Below the pieces are notes generated by a model. It saw nothing but the letters and a program-made list of their open reading frames with translations, had not been told where the DNA came from and made no database searches. The position numbers were made by a program, and so were the translations under genes. 64,000 nt of DNA, from assembly GCA_047618765.1 (NCBI GenBank), contig JBLHLI010000001.1:8449-72448 (forward strand), read 5' to 3'. Positions 19,499 through 28,095 of the stretch are shown piece after piece. Positions within the stretch are counted from its first letter, which is position 1. Every line of letters begins with the position of its first letter. This DNA is from Enterobacterales bacterium. GTDB taxonomy: Bacteria > Pseudomonadota > Gammaproteobacteria > Enterobacterales > GCA-2746155.

Positions 19499-20782
19499 AT
19501 GATTAACAATAAACAAAATGATGAAAATACTTGGGATAAAACTTGGTCTGACCCTGGTGCCCAAGCTTGGTACCCGGACGAACAAGTTGTTCGTTTTCTA
19601 TCAAGATATTATGTTCAAAAAACTGGCTTGTCTAAAAATGAAAAAAATTGGAAAGCAAAACCTGAAACAGAAATAAAAGGTTTGGATCTTGGTTGTGGTA
19701 AAGGAAGACATGTCGTTACTATGGCTGAACAAGGAATAAAAAGTTTTGGAATAGATATATCAGAAGTTGCTATTCAAGATGCAATAAAATGGATAGAGCA
19801 TTTAAAAATTAATGCGGATTTAATTTCTGGAACAATTGAAAAGTTGCAGTATCCTGATGAATGTTTTGATTTAGTGATATGTCATGGAGTATTGGATCAT
19901 ATATTAGTTGATGTTAGAGTGGCTGCAATTGAAGAGACGTGGCGTATTTTAAAACCTGGAGGTCGATTTTTTGTCAGTTTGATTTCAGAAACTGATAGTG
20001 CATTAGGTGAAGGGGAAATAATAGAAGAAATGACATGGCTAATACCAAATGGATATGAAGCGGGCATGCCACAATCTTTTTTTAATGTTGATAGAATTAA
20101 TAAAGAATTAAGTGATTTTCAACTTGAGAGTATAGTTAAGGTCAGTAATGAGTCTTTTTATGGCCGAAGTTTAATTGGAACAGATAAGCATTACGCTTGC
20201 GACTCTCGTTACTATGTTACTGCAATTAAGCCGCTGCATGAAATGTTAAGTCATAATGATTATTCAAGTATTAAAATTTTATTAGAGCCTGAAGAAACAA
20301 GTTATTTATCTATATTAGATGAAGGCAGTGTGACAGATTATTATGTTGACTCAATGAGTGACCCTGATGTTATTAAATGGTTAGTAAATGTTAAGTTGAA
20401 CCCGCCTTCAGAATGTGATGTAAAAAAATATGTGGTGGATAATTTAACTGATCCATATTCATGCTTGTTTGGTTTTTATCATAAGAATGAGCTTAGTGGC
20501 ACAGTACGAATACATGATGTAAATCAAGTGTCAGGTTCAGCAATATTGGGTATAGTTATATTTAATAAATCTATTTGGGGCTATGGTTGGGGTAATAAAT
20601 TATTATCAAAAATAGGTGAGTATTGCTTTAAGAATTTAAAATTGAAGTCAATATTTGCATCTATAGATTCTGAAAACATATATGCAAGAAAATCATTTAC
20701 TGATGCAGGTTTTATTCGATGTCCATCTAGAGATGTCGAATATGGGTTTGGCAATGCTACTTGCTTTGAATTGATTCGATAA
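19499..20782 (+). CDS. Bifunctional fusion: N-terminal class I methyltransferase + C-terminal GNAT acetyltransferase
   Basis: N-terminal half: GLDLGCGKGRHV and ILKPGGRFFVSL. C-terminal half: IWGYGWGNKLL...ENIYARKSFTDAGF (GNAT motif A region). Confidence 0.65.
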   Translation: MINNKQNDENTWDKTWSDPGAQAWYPDEQVVRFLSRYYVQKTGLSKNEKNWKAKPETEIKGLDLGCGKGRHVVTMAEQGIKSFGIDISEVAIQDAIKWIEHLKINADLISGTIEKLQYPDECFDLVICHGVLDHILVDVRVAAIEETWRILKPGGRFFVSLISETDSALGEGEIIEEMTWLIPNGYEAGMPQSFFNVDRINKELSDFQLESIVKVSNESFYGRSLIGTDKHYACDSRYYVTAIKPLHEMLSHNDYSSIKILLEPEETSYLSILDEGSVTDYYVDSMSDPDVIKWLVNVKLNPPSECDVKKYVVDNLTDPYSCLFGFYHKNELSGTVRIHDVNQVSGSAILGIVIFNKSIWGYGWGNKLLSKIGEYCFKNLKLKSIFASIDSENIYARKSFTDAGFIRCPSRDVEYGFGNATCFELIR

Positions 20783-20801
20783 AAATAATTGTGGCTTACT
20801 A

Positions 20802-21845
20802 ATGAATTTTAAAATAGACAATAAAAGTGTAGGGAAAGGGTGTAAGCCTTATGTAATTGCAGAAATGTCTGGCAATCATAATGGAAATATTAATAGGGCA
20901 TTAAGGATTATTGATGAAGCCAAAAAAGTTGGCGCTGATGCTGTAAAAATCCAAACATATACCCCTGATACGATTACAATAGATTGTGATAATGAGGATT
21001 TTAAAATTAAGAGTGGTTTATGGAAGGGCAAAAATTTGTATGAGTTGTATGGTTGGGCTCATACTCCTTGGGAGTGGCATAAAGAATTGTTTGATTATGC
21101 AAGAAAAGTAAATATTACTTGTTTTAGCTCACCTTTTGACACCTCTGCGGTAGACTTATTAGAAGACTTAAATACGCCTGCATATAAAATTGCATCTTTT
21201 GAAATAGTGGACTTACCTTTAATTGCTTATGTAGCCAAAACCAAAAAACCTATGATTCTATCAACAGGTATGGCTAATGTTGAAGAAATAACGGAAGCAG
21301 TTACAACGGCTAAAGACAATGGCTGTACGGAAATGGCTTTACTACACTGTATCAGTGGTTATCCAACACCTGTTGATCAATCCAATATAAGAACCATATC
21401 AGATTTGATAGAAAGATTTAATTTAATTGTTGGTCTGTCAGATCATACTATGGGTACAGCAGCGGCTGTAGCAAGTGTGGCCCTTGGTGCTGCTGTTATA
21501 GAAAAGCATTTCACTCTTAATAGAGAAGATAAAGGACCCGATAGCGAATTTTCACTAGAACCAGATGAATTTTCATCGCTCTGTAATGATACGAGAGATG
21601 CTTGGTTGGCTCTGGGGGAACCAGGGTATGAGAGTAAAGTTGTAGAGCGTAGTAACCTTAAGTTTAGACGTTCGCTATATGTAGTAAAAGATCTAAAGAA
21701 AGGTGATAAATTCAGTAAAGAAAATGTAAAAAGTATAAGGCCAGGTTTTGGAATGTCCCCTAAATATTATTTTAAAGTTTTGGAAAAAAAAGCAGCTAGG
21801 GAATTAAAAAAAGGAACAGCTCTTAATTGGGATCTGATCAGCTAG
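20802..21845 (+). CDS. pseI: Pseudaminic acid synthase-like NeuB-family enzyme (paralog 3)
   Basis: YVIAEMSGNHNGN...AVKIQTY, SSPFD, STGMA, GLSDHTMG, IEKHFT and a C-terminal SAF domain. Canonical PseI-type motifs. Confidence 0.8.
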   Translation: MNFKIDNKSVGKGCKPYVIAEMSGNHNGNINRALRIIDEAKKVGADAVKIQTYTPDTITIDCDNEDFKIKSGLWKGKNLYELYGWAHTPWEWHKELFDYARKVNITCFSSPFDTSAVDLLEDLNTPAYKIASFEIVDLPLIAYVAKTKKPMILSTGMANVEEITEAVTTAKDNGCTEMALLHCISGYPTPVDQSNIRTISDLIERFNLIVGLSDHTMGTAAAVASVALGAAVIEKHFTLNREDKGPDSEFSLEPDEFSSLCNDTRDAWLALGEPGYESKVVERSNLKFRRSLYVVKDLKKGDKFSKENVKSIRPGFGMSPKYYFKVLEKKAARELKKGTALNWDLIS

Positions 21846-22159
21846 GTTAAATTTCTTATGGATGCGCTTAAAGTCTGATAAACTAATGGCGCTAGTATTG
21901 CTAACTTTCTTACAAGCTGATTTTCTCAGGGCTCTCGACTTGTCTCAATCATCGATCCACATCGTCCCATTCTGTATTGCTAGTATCAATCTAAAATAGT
22001 AGTTTTGTATCATAGTGATCTCAATAGATTGTCTATTTAAGTGGTAATGAATTTGCATCGTTCGCTTTTGGCACTTTGACCGTAACTAATTAAGTTTTTC
22101 AGCTTTAGACATAATGTATTCCTTAGAAGTGTACAAGTACAATATAAAAAATAGTGTAA

Positions 22160-22167
22160 GGCGGTAG
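22160..22167 (+). promoter_or_regulatory. Second, partial ops-like core (GGCGGTAG) in the internal 348-bp gap
   Basis: GGCGGTAG followed by GGGA, so the trailing nnTG of the consensus is not matched. Coding strand, 27 nt upstream of the next ORF. Immediately followed by the near-palindrome GGAGAAAAATTTTCTCC (22169-22185). Confidence 0.4.
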
Positions 22168-22193
22168 GGGAGAAAAATTTTCTCCAATAAAAC

Positions 22194-23810
22194 ATGATTA
22201 AAAATTATCTTAAAAAACGAAAAAATAAATATATTCGTAATCTTATGCGGGGTTATAGAAACTTATCCCAGTCGGGAAAAATCTATAAAATTGCTGATTT
22301 AAAACGACAGCTAACAATTTCAAAACTTAAACTTGGTTTTTTTTCAGATAGAATATTAAGCGATAGTCTAGATGATTATGAAATTGTTATTCGGCAATAT
22401 TTATTGACCCGATTCGCTAGTATTAATTTAAATAAAGCTATACTTTATGGTAATAGAAAGTCTAATGGTAAGTTAGTTTTTCCGTTGCCTAAATTATGGC
22501 GGGATATTGTTGAAGAAAATGGCTTGAAGGTAGCTAAATATAGGTGCATGTTACTTTGGCAAATGACATTAGTCTGTTATTTTTTTTATGGGGTATTATT
22601 TATTTTTAAAAAAATATATGCCTCCTTAATTGTGTGTTTTTTTTACAAAAAGTCAACTCCTGAAAATTATATTTATTTTTTTAGTTTAAAAGAAAATAAT
22701 ATATCTGTAAGTTCGGATGAAAAAAATATTTACAATATGATTAGTTGGTATTCTAATTGGAATGGGAGAGCATCAAGTATTGAAGTCATTTGTCATGATG
22801 TGAATGTAGCGACGAAAAGCTTGAGGGGTAATCTTTCTTTACAATACATGCCTTCTGCAACACCTCCATTAGGGAGTTTATTTGAAATAACTCATTTTCT
22901 CAGGTGGAGTATAGGCGCAATATTTATAAGCCTGTTTGACTTGTTGAGAGGTAGGTGGTGGCATGTTCTCTTGTTGCAAGAGTCTGCTAAATCTGCCTTA
23001 ATTAGACTTCAAAAAAAATCTCTTGCTAAGGAGTACTTTTTCCATAATTCCGAATGGATTTACCGACCCCTTTGGACATATGAAGCAGAACGAAAAGGGG
23101 CAGAAATTACTTTCTATTTCTATTCTACTAACATTGAAGGTTTTAAACGTGACGAGAATGCTCCTCATAAATATCATTATGGATATCAATCAATGAATTG
23201 GCCACGTTATTTAGTTTGGAATGAATGTCAGGCTGATTTTGTACGTAGAGTTAATATATATATTCCTGAAATAGTTAATGTGGGGCCAATATGGTTTGAG
23301 GATACAAGTGAGGCCACTATTTTATTGCCGCCAAATGGCGTGGCTGTTTTTGATGTTCAGCCAGTACGTGATTGCTTTTATAAAATGCTATGTATTGATT
23401 TTGACTATTATATACCCGAAAATTGTAATCAATTTATAATAGATGTTTATGCAGAATTAACTGAGGCTGATTGTAATCTCATGCTAAAACAAAAAAGAAA
23501 GTTAGGTAAATTGATTCATCCAAGATATAAGAAACATATCAATCGATTAAATATGAAATCTAACTTTATTATAATTAATGCAGAGATAAGTCCAATTAAA
23601 ATTATTGAGAAAGCAATTGCAGTAATATCAATGCCGTTTACATCAACAGCATTATTAGCTAAAGATTTAGGTAAGCCTTCTATTTATTACGACCCATTTG
23701 GCATAATTAAACAAGATGACGGAGCTTCTCATGGAATACAAATTGTGACAGGGAGAAAGGAATTAAAGAAGTGGGTTGATGAGGTGGCTCAAAAAAATAT
23801 AAATCATTGA
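22194..23810 (+). CDS. Uncharacterised polysaccharide-biosynthesis protein with HP and PFTS motifs (candidate glycosyltransferase)
   Basis: 538 aa. Hydrophobic segment around residues 118-150. C-terminal KLIHPRY (HP 442-443) and ISMPFTSTALLAKDLGKPSIYY (PFTS 481-484). I recall a family named for a PFTS motif, but this is unverified here. Confidence 0.4.
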   Translation: MIKNYLKKRKNKYIRNLMRGYRNLSQSGKIYKIADLKRQLTISKLKLGFFSDRILSDSLDDYEIVIRQYLLTRFASINLNKAILYGNRKSNGKLVFPLPKLWRDIVEENGLKVAKYRCMLLWQMTLVCYFFYGVLFIFKKIYASLIVCFFYKKSTPENYIYFFSLKENNISVSSDEKNIYNMISWYSNWNGRASSIEVICHDVNVATKSLRGNLSLQYMPSATPPLGSLFEITHFLRWSIGAIFISLFDLLRGRWWHVLLLQESAKSALIRLQKKSLAKEYFFHNSEWIYRPLWTYEAERKGAEITFYFYSTNIEGFKRDENAPHKYHYGYQSMNWPRYLVWNECQADFVRRVNIYIPEIVNVGPIWFEDTSEATILLPPNGVAVFDVQPVRDCFYKMLCIDFDYYIPENCNQFIIDVYAELTEADCNLMLKQKRKLGKLIHPRYKKHINRLNMKSNFIIINAEISPIKIIEKAIAVISMPFTSTALLAKDLGKPSIYYDPFGIIKQDDGASHGIQIVTGRKELKKWVDEVAQKNINH

Positions 23811-23858
23811 TAATAGGATGTGTGTTTAGACAGTAATAGATTATATGGTTAACTGATT

Positions 23859-24452
23859 ATGGTAGAAATTATTACACTAGAATTTAAAAATTGGTTTTTA
23901 TTTTTTCTGGTAAATATACCTGGAATTATTGGTAGCAAACTACGATACTATTATTGGTCGAGTAGCCTTGCTATATGTCCTAAGCCATTAACAACTGGTA
24001 CTGGAACTTACATTAAAGGCGCGGAGAACATGCGGCTTGGGGGTAATATATCTCTTGGTAATAATTGTTTGTTTGATAGTGTGAATGGCGAATTAAATAT
24101 TGGAGAGGATTCTCATTTTAATCAAGGCGTTATCGTTGTGTCTGCACATGGCCAAATTAATATAGGAAAAAATGTGCTTGTCGGACCATATGTTGTTCTT
24201 AGGTCTAGTAATCATAAGTATGATATGAATTCAATAGTGCCTACTGCGAAGCTGGGGCATAAACCGGGAAAAATTATAATAGGAAATAATGTGTGGATTG
24301 GAGCAAATTCTACCATCCTTTCGGGAGCAAAAATTGGTGATAACTGTGTTATTGGGGCTGGGGCGGTTGTTAATTCTGAGCTTCCTCCAAATACTGTAGC
24401 GGGTGGTGTTCCTGCACGAGTGCTTAAGAGCAATAGCCATGAATCCTGTTAG
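23859..24452 (+). CDS. Left-handed beta-helix (hexapeptide) acyl/acetyltransferase
   Basis: IGNNVWIGANSTILSGAKIGDNCVIGAGAVVNSELPPNTVAGGVPARVLK. Confidence 0.8.
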   Translation: MVEIITLEFKNWFLFFLVNIPGIIGSKLRYYYWSSSLAICPKPLTTGTGTYIKGAENMRLGGNISLGNNCLFDSVNGELNIGEDSHFNQGVIVVSAHGQINIGKNVLVGPYVVLRSSNHKYDMNSIVPTAKLGHKPGKIIIGNNVWIGANSTILSGAKIGDNCVIGAGAVVNSELPPNTVAGGVPARVLKSNSHESC

Positions 24453-25314
24453 TAATAGTTGTCAAATATGTGGTGAATGCTTTGGTGAACATATTCCGTA
24501 TCCATCATTAAATAATAATAGTCTTCAATTTTCTGTGATTAGTATTTGTTCGGGATGTGGTTTAGGCGCTGCAACTCCAACTAAAACGCAAGCAACATTA
24601 GATCAATACTATAATAGTGGTGAATATTGGAGTGACACTGTTGAACCTAGTCCTGCTTTGAGTCAGCATTACAGTAGTCAAGCAAAAGAAAGAATAAGGA
24701 AAAGTGTCAAATATATAACTGCTCAAAATATTGACATACTTGATATTGGAGCGGGTCAAGGATGGATTGGACATTGGGCTTCAGTTTTTTTAGGGGGCAG
24801 TCTTAAATCAGTAGATTTAATTGAGCCTGATGAAGACTTGAATAATACTTTTGGAGAGAACACTACAAGATATTCAAGCCTTGAAGAATGCAATAAAAAA
24901 TATGATTTAATCTTTATGAATCATGTATTTGAACATGTAGCTGAGCCAGTAGAGTTCATGAAAAAGGTTATTTCATATCTCAAGCCTGGAGGAATAGTTT
25001 ACGTAGAAGTTCCAAATGAAGATTGGAAGTATAAAGAAGACGTTTTGCCACATACATTTTTTTTCACCGAATTAGCGTTAACATCATTGGGGAAGCGCTT
25101 GGGCGTTAATACAATGGGGTGCCATGCATTTGGGGTTGGTCGGAGTAAATTGTTACAAAATATTACACTCAGAGATCGAGTATTGAACAAACTCTATAGT
25201 TTTGCCGTTAAGTTTAAGTTTGAAAAAATAAGTAATAGACTGGATCGTTATATATGGAGGTATGATAAGGTTCATACGGATGGAATTTGGCTTCAGTGGT
25301 TATTTGTGAAGTAA
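24403..25314 (+). CDS. Class I SAM-dependent methyltransferase with N-terminal Cys-rich (Zn-ribbon-like) segment
   Basis: CQICGE...CSGCG, ILDIGAGQGWIG and DLIFMNHVFEHVAEPVEFMKKVISYLKPGGIVYVEVPN. Likely start is the ATG at 24439 (MNPVSNSCQIC). Confidence 0.7.
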   Translation: MVFLHECLRAIAMNPVSNSCQICGECFGEHIPYPSLNNNSLQFSVISICSGCGLGAATPTKTQATLDQYYNSGEYWSDTVEPSPALSQHYSSQAKERIRKSVKYITAQNIDILDIGAGQGWIGHWASVFLGGSLKSVDLIEPDEDLNNTFGENTTRYSSLEECNKKYDLIFMNHVFEHVAEPVEFMKKVISYLKPGGIVYVEVPNEDWKYKEDVLPHTFFFTELALTSLGKRLGVNTMGCHAFGVGRSKLLQNITLRDRVLNKLYSFAVKFKFEKISNRLDRYIWRYDKVHTDGIWLQWLFVK

Positions 25315-25315
25315 G

Positions 25316-26296
25316 TTAAACTAAACATTGGTTTGGTACTGAATATTTTTGTAGTTGAGTTAACCTTTCGTAATCTTGTTGAGGGAAATTGTAATAGGGC
25401 GGTGTGCGTGTAGTGGCAGGAGCAAATACGGCATATCCTAGATCACGATAACCTTCGTTGGGGACATTGGCTCTGTGTAGACCTCGGGTATCCTCGATGA
25501 TTATTGTTCCTGCAGGGACTACACTTAATATCCTATCGCTGCTGTTTTCAGGATAAATCAGGTTGACTTCGTCATCATCATAATACCTTTTGTCATTTAA
25601 CAGCTTAAGTTTGTTTTTATTTGTATAAGAACCCTTTATATATTCATGGGGGCCATTATTGATAGTGCAGTCATTAAGAAAGAAAAAGCCCTTAATTAAA
25701 TGATATTTACTGTTTAGATCTCTATGCCAAAAGTGATTCATGCTTCTATGCGGACATGGGAAGTTCCTTCTCACGTATGATTCAATCAATTGAGGGACAA
25801 GGCCCATATACTCAGAAATTATTGATAATAAATAGGTGTCGAGCCAAACATTTTGATACGTTGTTGAATGTTCTAACATTTGTACTGATAACGTAGAAGG
25901 TGAGTAGTCATCTAAAACCTGTTTGTAATTTACGCAATCACCTTTCTCTATGGCCAGCCCCAATTCACTTAATTCCTTTGGCGTTGCAAGCATACGATTC
26001 CTTAAGAAAGATTGATGCTTTTTGGGGTCTATTTTTGACTGGGCAAGACATGGAGTGGCGAATTTAATGCTATTCAAGGATGCTTGAAATTCCCCCCTTA
26101 ATGTATCAAGCACTTTTGGAGGAATGTAGCTTGTTAAGATTGCAAAACCATCTGTCTGCAGGTCATTTAATATATCTATTTGAGTGTTATCTAAGGGCGG
26201 TGATTTTTTGAGCGCACTAATATTTGAGGAATAACGGAATCTATTGAATAGTTTCCTGGCAAGTGATGGTTTTTCGATTTTGTGCTGTTTAAACAT
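25316..26296 (-). CDS. PhyH-like Fe(II)/2-oxoglutarate dioxygenase (only minus-strand gene of the locus)
   Basis: HFWHRDLNS (HxD) and TRGLHRANV (distal His/Arg). 326 aa. Confidence 0.55.
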   Translation of the reverse strand: MFKQHKIEKPSLARKLFNRFRYSSNISALKKSPPLDNTQIDILNDLQTDGFAILTSYIPPKVLDTLRGEFQASLNSIKFATPCLAQSKIDPKKHQSFLRNRMLATPKELSELGLAIEKGDCVNYKQVLDDYSPSTLSVQMLEHSTTYQNVWLDTYLLSIISEYMGLVPQLIESYVRRNFPCPHRSMNHFWHRDLNSKYHLIKGFFFLNDCTINNGPHEYIKGSYTNKNKLKLLNDKRYYDDDEVNLIYPENSSDRILSVVPAGTIIIEDTRGLHRANVPNEGYRDLGYAVFAPATTRTPPYYNFPQQDYERLTQLQKYSVPNQCLV

Positions 26297-26538
26297 TAGT
26301 GGTCAACCTAAATATTAGTCAATATAGTTTAGCTCTTTAGTCCAATATTCACAATTAAACATTATGGGCTCAGTTAGTAAGAGTCACAGATAAATAATGG
26401 GCTAAAGCGTAAGTTGGGTTATAATCAAGAACTTTACCCCCTGAGCTGGCAGAAACCTACTAATTAGCTGTGAACATAGATCTAATGCTGGTCTTTCTAT
26501 TTTGCCCTTGAGACTTGAATTAGTGAGAAATTAACAAT

Positions 26539-27201
26539 ATGAATTTTAATAAAATAAAACAAATCATGTTAAAATATCGGACATTGGATCTAATCTTCTA
26601 TGTATACGATTTAACGCTAATGGGAGCCTTCAGGCGATATTCCACCTCTATTTTTTATCTTAAATCTTGGTTGCGAGGCGTAGAAGTTAAATCAGGGTAT
26701 AAAATTTGGGGTAAGGTATTTATTAAGAAGTTTCCAGGGAGTAACATAAAAATAGGGGAGAATTTATTTATAGTCTCTTCTCCTTTGCGTTATTCGTTGA
26801 ATATTTTCCCCCAGACTAAGCTGTTAACCCTTAGTCCCGAAGCGAGAATAAGGATTGGTGACAATGTTGGGTTTAATTCATTAACTATTATGTGTCGATC
26901 TACATCGGTTTCTATAGGGGACAGAACCCTAATTGGTGGAAATTGCCAGATATTAGATAATGACGGGCACCAATTATGGCCTGCAGTAAGTAGGTTTTCA
27001 AGCCCAGGCATTAAATTTGATGAGCCTGTAATAATAGGGAAAAACGTATTTATTGGTTTAAATGTGATTATCCTAAAAGGGGTTGAAATTGGAGATAATT
27101 CTATTATTGCTGCGGGAAGTGTGGTGACAAGCGCTATTCCTGCTGATTGTGTTGCGGCAGGTGCTCCTGCTAGAGTAATAAAGTATAATGAACGTAAATA
27201 A
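26539..27201 (+). CDS. Left-handed beta-helix (hexapeptide) acyl/acetyltransferase
   Basis: IGKNVFIGLNVIILKGVEIGDNSIIAAGSVVTSAIPADCVAAGAPARVIK. Confidence 0.8.
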   Translation: MNFNKIKQIMLKYRTLDLIFYVYDLTLMGAFRRYSTSIFYLKSWLRGVEVKSGYKIWGKVFIKKFPGSNIKIGENLFIVSSPLRYSLNIFPQTKLLTLSPEARIRIGDNVGFNSLTIMCRSTSVSIGDRTLIGGNCQILDNDGHQLWPAVSRFSSPGIKFDEPVIIGKNVFIGLNVIILKGVEIGDNSIIAAGSVVTSAIPADCVAAGAPARVIKYNERK

Positions 27202-27213
27202 ATTAATTGGCAA

Positions 27214-28095
27214 ATGATGAATAAAAAAATTATTGAAGTAGGTTATGGTTCGGTTCGCCGAATAAAAATTGGCCACAAACTACCATTAGTATTTATTGGT
27301 GGTCCATGTGCAATAGAAAGTCGTGAACACGCTTTCATGATGGCAGAGAGGATAGGTGAGGTTTGTCAACGCCTAGATATCCCTTGGATTTATAAATCCT
27401 GCTATGACAAAGACTGCCGTTCATCTCCTGATAGTTTTCATGGCGTAGGTATAGATGATGGTTTAAGAATATTAGCTGATATTAGAGATGAGTTTGGCAT
27501 CCCTGTTGTTGCTGACTTCTCTGATCCTGCATGGGCAGCGCCGACAGGCGAAGTCTGTGATATGGTGCAAATTCCTGCTTATTTGTGTCGCCAAACCTCT
27601 ATATTAAAGGCGGCAGCTGAGACGAATAGACCGATTCATCTTAAAAAAGGCCAATATATGAGCCCTTGGAATATGAAAAATTCGGTTAGAAAGCTTGAGG
27701 CATTTGGCAATGATCAAATTTTATTGGCGGACCGCGGTACATTTTTTGGGTATAACATGTTAGTTAATGACATGAAGAGTTTACCAATCATGGCTGAAAC
27801 AGGTTGCCCCGTTTGTTTTGATGCAAGCCATTCTATTCAGTTGCCGACATCTATGGGCAATATCTCTGGAGGGCAGAGAGAATTTATCCCACATTTAGTC
27901 CGAGCAGCGGCAGCGTGCGGAATTAATGCTTTGTTTATGGAAGTGCATAATGATCCAAGTAATGCCTTATCTGATGCAAATACAGTGCTTAACATTCAAT
28001 ATCTTGAAAATATTCTCGGCCAAGCTAAGGCTGTACATGAAATGCGCCTAGAGTTATTAGACAAGTACGGAGAAGATAATGTCCATCCAGAATAA
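27214..28095 (+). CDS. kdsA: KdsA-family 3-deoxy-8-phosphooctulonate synthase paralog, metal-dependent (Cys) type
   Basis: GGPCAIES (Cys where E. coli KdsA has Asn), KSCYDKDCRSS, IPAYLCRQTSIL, FDASHSIQLP, FMEVHNDP, ALSDANT. All four ligand positions of the Aquifex-type metallo-enzyme (Cys, His, Glu, Asp) are present. Confidence 0.8.
   Translation: MMNKKIIEVGYGSVRRIKIGHKLPLVFIGGPCAIESREHAFMMAERIGEVCQRLDIPWIYKSCYDKDCRSSPDSFHGVGIDDGLRILADIRDEFGIPVVADFSDPAWAAPTGEVCDMVQIPAYLCRQTSILKAAAETNRPIHLKKGQYMSPWNMKNSVRKLEAFGNDQILLADRGTFFGYNMLVNDMKSLPIMAETGCPVCFDASHSIQLPTSMGNISGGQREFIPHLVRAAAACGINALFMEVHNDPSNALSDANTVLNIQYLENILGQAKAVHEMRLELLDKYGEDNVHPE

Noticed and set aside
22580-22644. Two T8 tracts in the PFTS-motif gene (similar T8 runs at about 38057 and 38087 in the 812-aa membrane gene) as possible slipped-strand phase-variation switches.
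   Set aside because: They encode Phe-rich hydrophobic segments in an AT-rich locus, and tracts of this length are expected by composition. Without population data there is no support for switching.
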